Source: Geosiphon pyriformis uo1 (lineage: Eukaryota > Fungi > Glomeromycota). From it: 64,000 bases of DNA. The stretch covers positions 104,967 through 168,966 of the forward strand of contig JAAOMT010000085.1 of NCBI GenBank assembly GCA_016748015.1, written 5' to 3'. Of this stretch, positions 39,501 to 52,299 are shown one piece after another. The notes beneath the pieces are model-generated. The model saw only the letters and a program-made list of their open reading frames with translations, was not told the origin of the DNA and ran no database searches. Made by a program: the position numbers and the translations under genes. Positions within the stretch are counted from its first letter, which is position 1. Every line of letters starts with the position of its first letter.

Positions 39501-42500
39501 AATAAAAAATCTTGAATTCATACAAAAAACCAAGAGTGAATAGGCTTTTTCAGTTATAATAGTATCCAAAAAAAGTAGAATCTTATATTTTTGTATTAAT
39601 TACTGCTAATTATATATTATTATTAAAAAAAACATATATTTATTTCTCAAAATTAATGCAATGTTAAATCAATTCAATAATGTTTTTTTTTTTAAACTAT
39701 TAATCTAACTGCTGAATTTTGACAAGTAAAAATAGATTTAGAAAGCAAAAAAAAAACAATTTTTATTATTAAGTATGATATCTACAAATTTACAGTTATG
39801 CTTTTTGGTCTTATCAATGCTTTTCTCATCTTTTAATATTTAATAAACAAAGTATTTGAATTAGTAAAAAAAAACTTTGTTCTGGTTTATTTAAACAACA
39901 TAATAGTATACTTAAAAACTTGAAATAAACATCTTGAACATTTACAAAAAATTTTTAATCTTCTTAGAAATATTGGTCTTAAAATTAATTTTATCAAATC
40001 TTTTTTTGAATAACAATCCACCTAGTTTCTTGGTTATTTTATTACAAAAATAAAATTTTTTCTGATCCAGCCAAAGTTAAAAAAATTTAAAACATTAAAC
40101 AATCAATAAATGTTTATAAACTATGCTTTTTTCTTGAATTGGCCTCCTATTATTGCAAATTCTTCAAAAATTTTTCCAAAATTTTTTTTTTTTTTAATCA
40201 GTTATTTAAAAAAAAATGTCAATTATTACTAAGATACACATTAACAAAAAGCATTTAAAACTTTAAAAAAAAAATTGGTTATAGAACTTGTTCTTATGTA
40301 ATCTGATCTGAATCAATTTTTTATTCTCTATACTAATATATTTGGTTATAGACTTGGTGCCATTTTTTTACAAAAATATAAAGATAGCAAGAAACATACA
40401 ATAGCATATGCAAGTAGAACACTCTCATTAACAGAACAAAATTATTCTGTTATTAAACAGGAATGCTTAATAGTAATTTGGGCTACTAGTTACTGGGATT
40501 AATATTTCTTTGGTGTAAAATTTTTGGTAGTAACAAATTACCAAGCTTTGGTTTGGCTGTACAACAAAAAAAAACTGGAACACAAATAAATAACTTGCTG
40601 GATATTTCACTTGAATGAATTTGATTATAACATTTAACATCACAAAAGAGCAAATCATTAAAATACCAACACTTTCTTTAGATTTACCACCCAATAATAA
40701 TACAATCTTCACAAACCAAACCAATCTAATTATTAGTAACTTCTTCTTAACCAAACACAATAATGGATTTAAACAACTATTTTGCACTAATGAAATTTTT
40801 GGATAAAAAACAATACCCATCAGACTACAATTAACAGCAAAAAGAATATTTGTGCAAACAATCAAATTTTTATTTGATCTGCCAGAACCAGTTATACAAA
40901 AAAAATAGAAAAAATCCTGACTGTTTTCAAAGAGTTATCAAATTTAAAAAAAGAGAAATTGTGATTTATAACATACATACTAATTTATTAGCTAGACACT
41001 TTAAAAAAACAAAAACAATTCAAAAAACTTTAGCTTACTATTATTGGCCTATCTTGGAAAAAAATATTGCTGAATATATCAAAACCTGTAATATCTGCCA
41101 AAAAAAAAACCCCCCCAATTGCAAAAAAATATTTATTCAATTTTTATTAGTTAATCATTTGACAAAATTGGTATAGATGTTGTTAAATCTTTAATAATAA
41201 CTTTTAATAACAACAGATATATTATTACAGTTACCAACTATCTTATAAAGTGAGTAAAAACAAGAATTATTCCAAACCAAACAGCAGTCTTTATAGCCAA
41301 TTTTATTTATAAAGATATTATTTGCCACTATAACTGTTTCAAAGAACTTTTATCTAATAAAAAAAAAATTTTTCTTAGTATATTGGTTAAAAAACTTTGT
41401 AGAAAAATAGGAATATATTATAAATTCTCTTTTTTTATTATTTTTGAACAAATAGTCTAATAAAATGTTTTAACAGAATATTATGTGAAACATTAGCCAA
41501 AACCAATAAAAAAACAAACTTATAAAACAAAGTGCTGTTTTTAGTCTTGTTTGCTTATAAGACTGTAAATTATAACATAATTAATTATAAACCTTTTTAT
41601 TTGCTCTATAGACAAATGACAACTCTACCAATAAAAATTAACATTGAGACAATATTTTTTAAAGAAATCACAATAGAGAATTACAAAAACATTTTGTAAA
41701 AAAGACTTGGTACTATTCTTGACTTCTTGATAAAAACACAAATAATTGCCTTTAAAAAGATAAAACAGTTTTAAGAAAAGCTTAAGAAAAAGAAAATCTA
41801 TAAAACACTTTTTTTAAGTGTTGATAACTTAGTTTTGAATATTACTTAAACAAAAACAATATCTATAGTAATAAGTTTTTTAATCAATAGAAAAAACTCT
41901 TTATAATTAACAAGATTTTGAACAATATTTCTTATATTCTACAAGATCAATATAAAACAATTTTCAATAATTGCCCTGTTTATAATACACAACTCAAAAA
42001 ATATCACAAATAATCTGATTGGTTACTTGTTGTGATAATACCAACCCAAATAATCAGCAAAAATCAAATATAAATAAATACACTATTTACAAACAGAGAT
42101 ATTTTTAATCAACATAAACAATTATTTTCTAAATTAAAACATTCAAAATGTCTTTTATACTTTTCATGAATATTGAATCAAAAACTATTCAATTACTACT
42201 TTGACTATTGAAAAACAGACCACTATAACAGATAACAATAGAACACATATTGTTATTAGACCAAAAAAAACCATTATTAAAAGAAAAAAACTAGTAGCAA
42301 AATAGATAAATATTTGCTAAAAAGCATAATAACAGTAATATTTTTATCTTTTAGTATAATTAGAAAAACAATTCAAGAAATCTTGCCCATAGACAAAAAC
42401 TTGTCATATAAAAGGCAATTAGAACTCTATGATCATCTTGGTAAAATCATAGAAAATATAAAGCTTATAAAGAAAACAACTTCAGAAATACAGATAAAAA

Positions 42501-42734
42501 TTTTGGACATTATATAGTTAAATGTTTCAAAAGTTTTGACTATTGCTAAAAAAGCCAAAACTCTTATATAAAAATTTGATCTCTTAAATACAAAACTTAT
42601 TTTACCTTAAGTATTATATATCTTATCCACAAAAAATTTCAATAAACTAGTTTTAAGCTAGACAAAACTTTTTAAATAGATTATTTTATGAATAGCTTGA
42701 TTTTGTCAAAACTTAATTTCTTTGAAAAGAATAA

Positions 42735-43385
42735 TATTATGATTGAAACCCATACTTTTTAGTAGTTATTATATGTATTAGCTACTAATGTTATATAATT
42801 AGCCACTTTATTTTTAAATAGTAATTATTAACCTAATTATTAATCTAGTCATTAACTACTTTAATAGTTATATAAGTAATGAATCTTTTAACTGTAGAAA
42901 AGTATGTAAAAATAAAAAAATAAAATAAATAAAATAACAACTTTATCTCAATTCTTTTTTTTTTGCTAAATTTTCTTTTTTTATCTTTAAGTATTTGAAC
43001 ATCTTAAAATAAAAGATTACTTGTTGGTATTTACTTACTTTTTTTTGATTTGTATAATTGTAACATTTAAAAATTATTAAATAAAACATGACTGAAAAGT
43101 ATATCTGATATTTAATATTGAATTCTAAGAATGTTAATATGAAGCATAAAATTATATTAATATGTTATTATTTGTTGTCAGTATAAAATATCTCTTTACT
43201 TTCAGATTTTTTGGTTATCTTTTAATAAAAATAGTAACTGAGATATTTTATGAAACTGATTTCGCACATTGAATTCATACTTATTCAATTTGCTTTTTGA
43301 AATTAAATTTTTTTTGATTAATTCTATTACTCTATAATTTTATTCTCCCTTATTATCTATTAGCTTATTACTTTAATCCATAATA
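42735..43385 (+). repeat. 3' LTR of the Gypsy element
   Basis: TATTATGATTGAAA...AATCCATAATA (eroded TG..CA), preceded by a purine-rich tract GAAAAGAATAA. Confidence 0.88.
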
Positions 43386-44102
43386 ATAGTATCTTTTTTT
43401 TATAAATACAGTCCAACTGCTATCTAATATATAGAATCAAACTAAGTGGCTCAAACTAAATACAATTCATATTTTTACTATATATAACTAGTTATTTAAG
43501 CCAAACAAAGCAATATTACATATTTATATATATATATACTATTATTTAAACCAGAAAAAAAAGAACACAATTTGCACTTATCAAAACTAACTATAAAGAA
43601 CTCAATAATACCAAGTAATTGAATCATTTTATTTAACAACATAATTATTATAATACAAGACAAGCTTAATATTAAACTATTATTTTTGACCAGTCTAATT
43701 TTTTTTATATTTATTCTATATCTAGATTTTACAAGTTACAACTTTAAATATATTTAACAACAGCAAAAACAGTTTTTCCTCTTTTATTAAAAACTGCAAC
43801 AGCTTTTGCACACTAATTTTTAAACACAAAACTTTTACAAACTACTATATATAAGCTTATATCTAATAAACACATAAAAAAAGTTCTTAAGACAGCAGAA
43901 ATAAAAAAAATGCAAACAATTATCAACAAAATCTACTATTCAGAAGTCTTATTTAAAATGTTTTTGCAAATACCATTATCTTTGGTACAAATAAAAACAT
44001 GGTCTAATAGCTTTATCTTATTATACAGTAAATATAATATATTTAAATACATTTTATTATACAATTTTTTGTTAACTGTTACCAATAGTTATCTATATAC
44101 AG

Positions 44103-45512
44103 TATTATCAGAGATTTTTGTCAATATTTGTAAACATTTTTTAGCTTAACTGGTAACACACATTATCATGATTATGCTACTAACTATAGTATATTATAAA
44201 TGTATGAACTATTTCAATAAATGGAAAAGTAAAAAGATATATATAATAAAGTCATTAAAAGTAAAAGAAAGTATTGTCATTATTATTTGTTTTTGAGTAA
44301 GAACCAGTCTTAGGTATTTAAAAAAGGAAAGAAAAGTCACATCTCTTTATATGTATTAGAAGCACAACTAATAACAGAAATAAAACCAACTACTTTAATA
44401 AATACATAATCAAAATTTTTTCAATTAGTCATTAAAAGGATGTGGTGTTTAAATATCCACTTTGAAAATAAAGTTATAAGAATTATAAAAAAGATTATGA
44501 AAATCAAACATAACTGAAATAGATTTTGCTTAAACTTTTTATTGTTGAGACTACTTTCTAATAATGTAATACTTTATTACTTATTTTTATATTTAACAAC
44601 TTGTTTGGTAAAACAAGACTTAATGTGAAATAATAATAACACATGATTTGAAAGATCAGAAGTAATAGAATGACTGGAAATAGTGATAACAAGTAAGTAA
44701 AAAATTATAAACAACATAATTTCAAATAGTGATAAGAAATATAAAAAGGCATACTTAAGATTGTAATAACAAATATTTAGAGCATAGAAAAAGGGAAAAA
44801 AAGAGTGAAAGATAGAGGAAAGAACTAACTGCTTACTATAAAACTATAATGAAGAGTTGGCTCAGTATTAAACTAATACTTTTCTGAACTAACAAAGAGG
44901 CTATATATATAGTTAAATTACATCAGATCTATATACTATATTAAAACTATTTAAGATACATCAATTATTTATATATTTTAATTTAATCAATTCATGATAA
45001 ACTTACTTGACATGTTATTTTTCTCAAAGCTAGTGATTTTTAGATGATCAGATTTAGATGGCTAAATCTAGAACATTAATTATAAATCAATGATGCCAAT
45101 TGTAATTATGATTAATATAATCAGAAGTAGATCAATTGATTACATTTTTTGGTAACTATTTTTAACTATTAATTGTAAATTTAGAATGTTAGATTGTTCC
45201 AATAAAGATGTATAAAAATTTTAAAGCATAACAAAATCTGTTGTTATCTAATTACATATATCAATTATTCATTTTTATTGGTGTTTTTTAGTTTGCCAAG
45301 ATTTTTTTGTATCCAACTTAATTAAACTGTTGGATTGTGTTATATTTTTTTGTTGTAATTAGATTGATTGCTAATCATTTATTTTCAGATTGCCAGCTGA
45401 TTTTGTTAATTAAGTATAATAATATAGGTCTTTTTCACATGATTTTAATGTTAATTTCCATTGTATGTGTTGTAATTTTTATATTGAAAAGTGTGAAAAT
45501 TTTCTGGTAATA
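44103..45512. mobile_element. 1410-bp insert (solo LTR-like) with 4-bp TSD ACAG/ATAG
   Basis: Ends TATTATCAGAGATTTT...AAAATTTTCTGGTAATA form an imperfect ~16-bp inverted repeat; the LINE ORF2 reading resumes across it. Confidence 0.8.
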
Positions 45513-46328
45513 ATAGTTTTTATTAAGTATGTATACAGATTAGCAAATCTTTTATCAATAAATTTAGAAAGCATATACAAGTCAAAATGCCATATTTTTG
45601 TAATAGTTAACAGCATATCTTAAAAATTCATCTGTATAAATCTTAATAAAACTAGACCAAACTTTAAGTAAACACTTTTATATATCAAAAAACTCTTTAG
45701 ATTTCAAAATATTTAAGCCATATGACTTACTAATATTGGCAAAATTAACTGTTAAAAAACTTTTATCACACAAAATCTTAGATGTTATTCAAACCAATAA
45801 GACATAAAGCTCTTAAAATCTAATCTCTTTTATTAATAAAATATTTTCTAATTTATTATATTTTTTTTGTTTAAAAGTTTATTACCAAATACAACTTTAA
45901 ACCACTTTAAAAAATAAACAAAACTATAATAGAAAGTTTTCTTTAAAATATCTAATATTAAAAACTTACTAAAACTATAAAATATATTGTATAAATTAAT
46001 TATTAAGAATAAATTATTGTTCAAAAAAAATTTTACTACTTTAACCAAAAAATTGTTTATTAAACTAACATACAATTTAACAAAAAACTATAAAATATTC
46101 AAAGAAAACCACTTTAAAATTTGCAAATCCAAAAATTTGTGTTTAAACAAATATCCAAAAATACTTAAAACATTAAAAAAAGTAACCAATAAAGCAAATT
46201 TTTTTTCAAATTGCATTTGCTTAAAAAGCTTCAAACTATACAAAAAAAAATAATACAAAGCTTTATTGAAAAAGTTTCATAGCAAATTAACCTTAGTCTT
46301 AAGATTTTTTCTGATTATTATATCTTAT

Positions 46329-48008
46329 TGTTACTTATAAAAATTAGGAATTATAATAGTAAATAAAATAGACATAGTAAAAAAAGAAATTCTAAGATTC
46401 TTTTTGAAGAATCCCAAAATTGCAGAATTCCAGAATTCCAGAATTTCTTTCAAAAAAATTGAAAAATTTCAAAAATCTTGTATAACATAAATTATATATA
46501 TATAATAAAAGTGTTAAAAGCAGAAAAAATATTTAATTCAGTTCAGAACAACAATATTTTTTTCTTTAAAAAATAGTTTTCTATAACTTAAAGTAAAATT
46601 ACATTAATATTAATAAAATATCTAATTATTATCCAATTTATGTTATTATCATTTAATTAAAAATATTAATTATTTTTACACTAACAATACTTCATATTAA
46701 TAGAATCTAATACTTAACTATACTGAACCAATAGCTTTTGATTACAACTATTAACAGAATACTAATTTCTTATTTTTTTTTCTTATTTCTTTTTATTTTT
46801 TTTTATTTTTTTGTGTTTTGTTTCTTTGTTGTTTACTAAATTGATTAAAAAAATTAAGCACTAAATAATTAATGTCAAGAATAGTCTGGTAAAAAACTTA
46901 ATATTATAGGTAATTATATACAATGTTGAAACAAATAACAAACCTGTAACTTGGTGCTCAATAGCTAAAAATGTTGGTAATTTCTAAAGGTTTTGGTTAA
47001 GTTCTTTGTATAATAGACAAAAATTTAATTGATAGTTTCTTCTGTAAATTTTTTTTTTAGCATAATGGCCAGTTTATTCTGGCAGTTGTGCACTTCTGAT
47101 AAACTATCCTTAAATTTTTGTTTTTGTTTCTAGGTTTTTTATCAGATTATTTTTAATATCAAATACTTAATACTTAATCTTTTTAATCAATTAGTAAACA
47201 ACAAAGAAATAAAACAAAAAAAAATAAAAAAATAAAAGAAAATAACAAATTAGTATTCTGTTAATAGTCATAATTAAGAGCTATTAATCTAGTATGATTA
47301 AGTATTGAATTCTATTAACATTTTATGTTAATAATAAGAAAAGTAATTAATATTTTTAATTAAGCAACAATAATATGGATTGGATAGTAATTAGATATTT
47401 TATTAATATTGATATGATTTCACTTCAAATTATAGAAAACTATTTTTTAAAAAGAAAAATAGAAGATAAGTAGTTATTGCTAGCTACTGTTCTGTTTGAG
47501 TTAAATTTTGAATACTTTTTTTGCTTTTAATACTTTTGCTATATATATATAATTCATATTATATAAAATTTCTTGAAATTTTTCAATTTTTTATGGAAAA
47601 TCCTGGAATTCTGCAATTCTGCAATTTTTTAAGGGGAATTTTGGAATTCTGAAATCTTGCAATTTCTCAAGAAAAATTCTGGAATTCTTCTTTTTAATAT
47701 GCCTATTTCTGATTGGTTATTTTATTTATTATTATAATTTCTAATTTTTATGAGTAATACTAAGAATAAGAATAAAAATTTAAAGATAACTTACCAGAAA
47801 AACATAACTGTCAGAATAAATTAACTACCATGCTAAAAAAAAAAATTCATAGAAAAAACTATTAATTAAATCTCTGTTCATTATACAAAAAACTCAACCA
47901 AAACTTTCAGGCTCCAAAACCTTTAGAAATTATCAACATTTCCAGCTATTAAGCACTAAGTTACAGATTTACTATTTGTTTTAACACTTTAATTAATTAT
48001 TTGTAACA
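46329..48008 (+). mobile_element. Solo LTR-like element with TSD TTAT, containing an inverted copy of itself
   Basis: TTAT|TGTTAC...GTAACA|TTAT; outer copy is 46329-46901 plus 47760-48008. Confidence 0.88.
46902..47759 (-). mobile_element. Second copy of the same solo LTR-like element, inserted in opposite orientation
   Basis: 46902-47133 is the reverse complement of 47760-48008; 47133-47759 is the reverse complement of 46329-46901. Flanks TTAA/CTAA look like an eroded CTAG TSD. Confidence 0.85.
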
Positions 48009-51000
48009 TTATTTACAGTACATATTTAATAAAACAAAACTAAATTGTAATTGATAACTAACTATAAATTGTAAAACAACAGACACTAAATAAAAAAACT
48101 GCTTATTTGTAATTATTTTCTTTAATATCACATTAAAAAAATACTTAATATTAGCATAAGTCTTAGTTATATTAAACTTAAAAAAAATCTTAAGTTAATA
48201 AAAAAATTTCCAAGTATTTATTTAATTCATCTTTTTTGGCAATTAAGATTGACAATTTACTAATCATTAGTAAAGCAGTTTTGACATCTTGGTTAATAAA
48301 AATAGCTACTGTTTTTTTATTATTAATTAAAATATTATTGATACTAAAGAACTTATTAACAATATTCAAAATATATTGTGTGAAAGTTTGATTATTTTTA
48401 ATCCAAATTGTATTATCAACAAAGATATCAGCAACAAAAAATAATGTTATTTATTTACCATTCTCAATTCTGCCAGTCTTAATTACAAACCTAGTATTAA
48501 TTTAATATCTACACAAATGTTTATGTTTTTTGATTTTACACAAAAAAGATTTATAGAAAATCTTTCAAAGAAAAAACTTTACTTTAATTTAATTTATTAT
48601 GTACCTTATAATTATTTAAAAGCCCAAAATCAATTATTACTATATTAATTCTGTCCTTATATATATTGCCAAAAAGCTTAATAAATTGACTGTATATCTT
48701 AATGTAATACAAACTAACTTTTAGATGATATTATCCAACTAAATTATAAGTCTTGCACATATTTTGTAAAACTAACCAAAACTTCTTATTGTTTTCCATA
48801 GTATCTTTAACAATTAATCTAATAGCAAAAATAAATGACTAAGTTAAAGTACTCTTTAATACTAAAAAATTATTACTGAAAAATTATTATTGCAAAAAAT
48901 GCTAAATTTATTATATACAAAAAAAATCTGATCAGAGAAAATTTTAGATAAAATTTTTTTAGCCATTTTAATTAATACAATAAACTGAATGTTTATTAAA
49001 ACATTATTCCATTTATAAGACTTGAAAATTATTAAAGCTCATGTTCTCTTTTAAGAAACTGAAACATTACTTGAAGCCAAACAAAAATTTAACAAACTCA
49101 AAAAACACTTTAATACTATATTACTATAATACTTTTAAAGTTTATTTAAAATTTTTAACAACTTAGCAGTCTTGTTATTAGACAAACTATTAACTATTAA
49201 AACCAATTTTTTCATGTTAATTTTCTCTATTACATCAGAAAAAACACTATTATTTACATAATTTAAAAGCATATATTGACAAGTTTAAAGATTAAGCATT
49301 TTTAAGAAACAAACTATTTTTTTGTTTATTCTTCTATGATTTCATTAACCTTAAATTTTATCTCATTAGAATTTATAACTAATTTTTTTTAACTACTAAG
49401 TACTTCAAAACAACTTTGTAAAAAAACTATTCCAAAATATTCTTTATTAATTGTTCTTTGTTAAAGCAAAAATTATTTATATATTGTTTAATTGTCTTTT
49501 TAATAACTATATTCTTAAATGTCTTTGATTTATAATACTTAAATTTCTGATATATTTTTCTAATTACTAACAAATATTTAATAATATTTATCAATCTTAT
49601 ATTATTTTAAATTATGTTGGTAATTTTAAAAGTCTTAATATTATTAACAATCAACTAAGTTTTAACAAGATATCCAAATTTCAAAAGATTTTCTGAATTT
49701 AATTTCTTTACAATTTTAACAATAAGCAGCTCCAATTTAAAAAATCTTAATGACTGTTTGTTTTTTAAGCAATTATATTTACTATACCAATATTTAAAAA
49801 ATACTATATTAGCAAACTGTATCATAATTTTTTTTAACACTTTTTATATTGTTTCTAAATTACCACAATTTTTTGTCTTCTCAAACACACTCAATATTGC
49901 CAATAGTTTAATAAAAAAACACTTTTTAAATTGTATCTATTTGATCTTATCCACATTTTTTATTGGTTTGCTTATAAATACTATTAAGACAAGTATCTAA
50001 AAAACCATCCAAACTAATTAAGATTAAAACCACTTTGTAATTTGTATTAAAAAATTCAGACACAATATTAATTTTATGGCTTGTAATTACAAATACTAAG
50101 TTTCTATTCACAAAAACAAAATCTAATATCTTTTTAACATCTCTAAAATTGCTCTAAGTAGAAGATTTAACCAATAAATATTTATTAAATATATTGACTA
50201 AATTTAGATCTAAACAAATTTGAAATTCATATTCTTTTTGAATCTGTTCTTATTGAAATCTCTATTTAAGACCACAAAAGTACTGAAATTAACTGTTTTA
50301 GAAATAAAAAAATTGATTTTCAATATTTGTTTGAATCTAGTCTTAGTAAAAACACTACTATACAATCTTAAAACTATTACTAAGAGCTTATTTTTAAATA
50401 AAAATTAAACTAAGAAGATCTTGTTTAAATTTTTATTAATTTTTAAAACATAATAAGCCAAAAAATTGTTTATAATAATTATTATATTAGTACCAAAAAA
50501 ACTTTTGTCCAAATTAGATGTAAAAATATGAATATCATCAAACTTATTTATAATCTATAACTTAATACTAGATTTCAACTTAATTTTTGTAATAATAAAA
50601 ATTAAATTACCTAAATTTACATATCAATAAACAATATCTTTCTGTTTAGCAGAAATATTGATATCTTAAATATTACATATTATAATTTTTCAAACTAAAT
50701 CAGTTATTGTTGAAAAAAATTGCCTAAATTCATACTATTATTATTTATTTTGGCCAATAAGTTCTAAATTATAACTAACAAACTGTCTGTGTTTTTCTTT
50801 AATTTAAAAACAATTGATTAATCCAAAAATTCTGTCTTCATAATAGTCTTATTACTAATGACTATATTCAAATTTTTACTTATTACTATATTTGTTTTTT
50901 GATTCTATAAAAAAAAATTACCAATAATTAACATCCAAAACTAAGCTAAGAAACTGCTAATTCAAGTACATTTAATCTCTTAGCCAGCTTGTTAACTTGT

Positions 51001-51281
51001 TCTGTAAGACTAGCAAAATTGTGTTTAAGATTGACAAATTTATTATTTATTTTTTTTAATACAAGCAAAAAAAACTTTACTTCTAAAGAAAAGCTAAAAC
51101 TTAAAAAACTATTATGTATAAAAAAAGAAAAAAATAAAGACTTATCAACAATTTTTGTTTAAAAGATGCCACCAAAAGCAACAAAAGCCAAATATTTAAT
51201 ATAAATGACTGCCAATCTGCTTTTATCTGTTTTTAACAAAACTCTATAAAATAAATTACCAAGAAAGATTTTTTTATCTAT

Positions 51282-52299
51282 TGTTATGGGTAAACTTAAT
51301 AAGATATAATAGTAATATTTAATGCTCTGAGTTTAGATATAGAAAGCTTGAAGTTTATTTTTGTAGATATGTAAGGCATATTAGAATTATTAGTTTTTAA
51401 AAGTCTGCTATAGATATAAATTTATCTGTAAAGTTTTTTGGTTATAAAGCACAAAAAAATGGTTTAATTGTTTGTAGTTAGATATATATAAGCTATTTTC
51501 TTTGAGCTAATCAAGTATAGTTACTAAAGTCTAATAGTGTTTTTTTATCTTTTTGATAATCTATCAAAATAATATTAATATATAATCCTAAGAGAAGCTT
51601 TTTTTTTTACCAAACTATTATGAAGTTTATTCTTAGACAGTTAATTTTACAGTATTACTACTTCATAAAAAAATAAGTAAAAAAAAATAAAATAAAATAT
51701 AACAAAAAAAAATTAATATTATTAATTGCTGTAATCAAGAGCAATTGGTTTAAGTTGTTACTATTTTAAGACATTTTATACTAAGAATATTTGGCTAAAA
51801 ATAAAAGTAAGAGAAATAATTGATTTAGTTTAAACACAAAAATCTGTAAATTATGTATAAATAATTTGGTTTTGAATATTTTTTTATTTAAAGTAATATA
51901 AGCACAAAATATAGATAAAATTAATTGAAAAAATACATAATATAAGTAGAAAAATATTGGTTCTTTTCTGTTTGTTTGTTTGTTTGTTTGTTTTTTCTGT
52001 TAAAACTATTTGTTTTTATACATATTTTTTAGTTTTACAAGATTGCTTTTAATTATTTGTTATTACTAGCTATTACTTATTATTACTATTGTTGTTTTAT
52101 TTTTTATACTATAACTAGTTATCTTATATTATAGTTAATTATTCTGTGCTATTTTATGTTATTGTGTATTATTTTGTATTATTTTAAGTTATTATGTATT
52201 ATTATGTATTATTTTGTATTATTACATTTTTTTTATGTTATTATGTTTTAATTGTGTTTTTTCAATAGTTTTTGGTTTGGTTTTTTTACTTGAATAATA
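51282..52299. mobile_element. 1018-bp solo LTR-like insert with TSD CTAT/TTAT
   Basis: Starts TGTTATGGGTAA, ends GAATAATA; removal rejoins LINE ORF1 (NCA|IDKK). Partial similarity (51700-51750) to 47240-47290. Confidence 0.72.
52141..52260. repeat. Degenerate 10-bp-period tandem repeat (ATTATGTATT-like)
   Basis: About 12 imperfect units visible in register. Confidence 0.7.

Larger units (their letters stand above)
35948..43385 (+). mobile_element. Full-length degenerate Ty3/Gypsy LTR retrotransposon
   Basis: Two LTRs. Gag knuckle CYHCGLTEYFSKDC (~37843), protease LILDSRSS (~38510), RT YLNN from YLDD (~39890), RNase H FILYTNIFGYRLGAI..IAYASRTL (~40320-40430), integrase H..H..CNIC and GIDVV (~40970-41190). 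Order PR-RT-RH-IN. Flanked by ATAGTAT on both sides. Confidence 0.95.

Noticed and set aside
46329-47759. Foldback or MITE transposon with long TIRs
   Set aside because: The A-B-A'-B' layout and two TSDs are explained better by one copy nested inversely in another.
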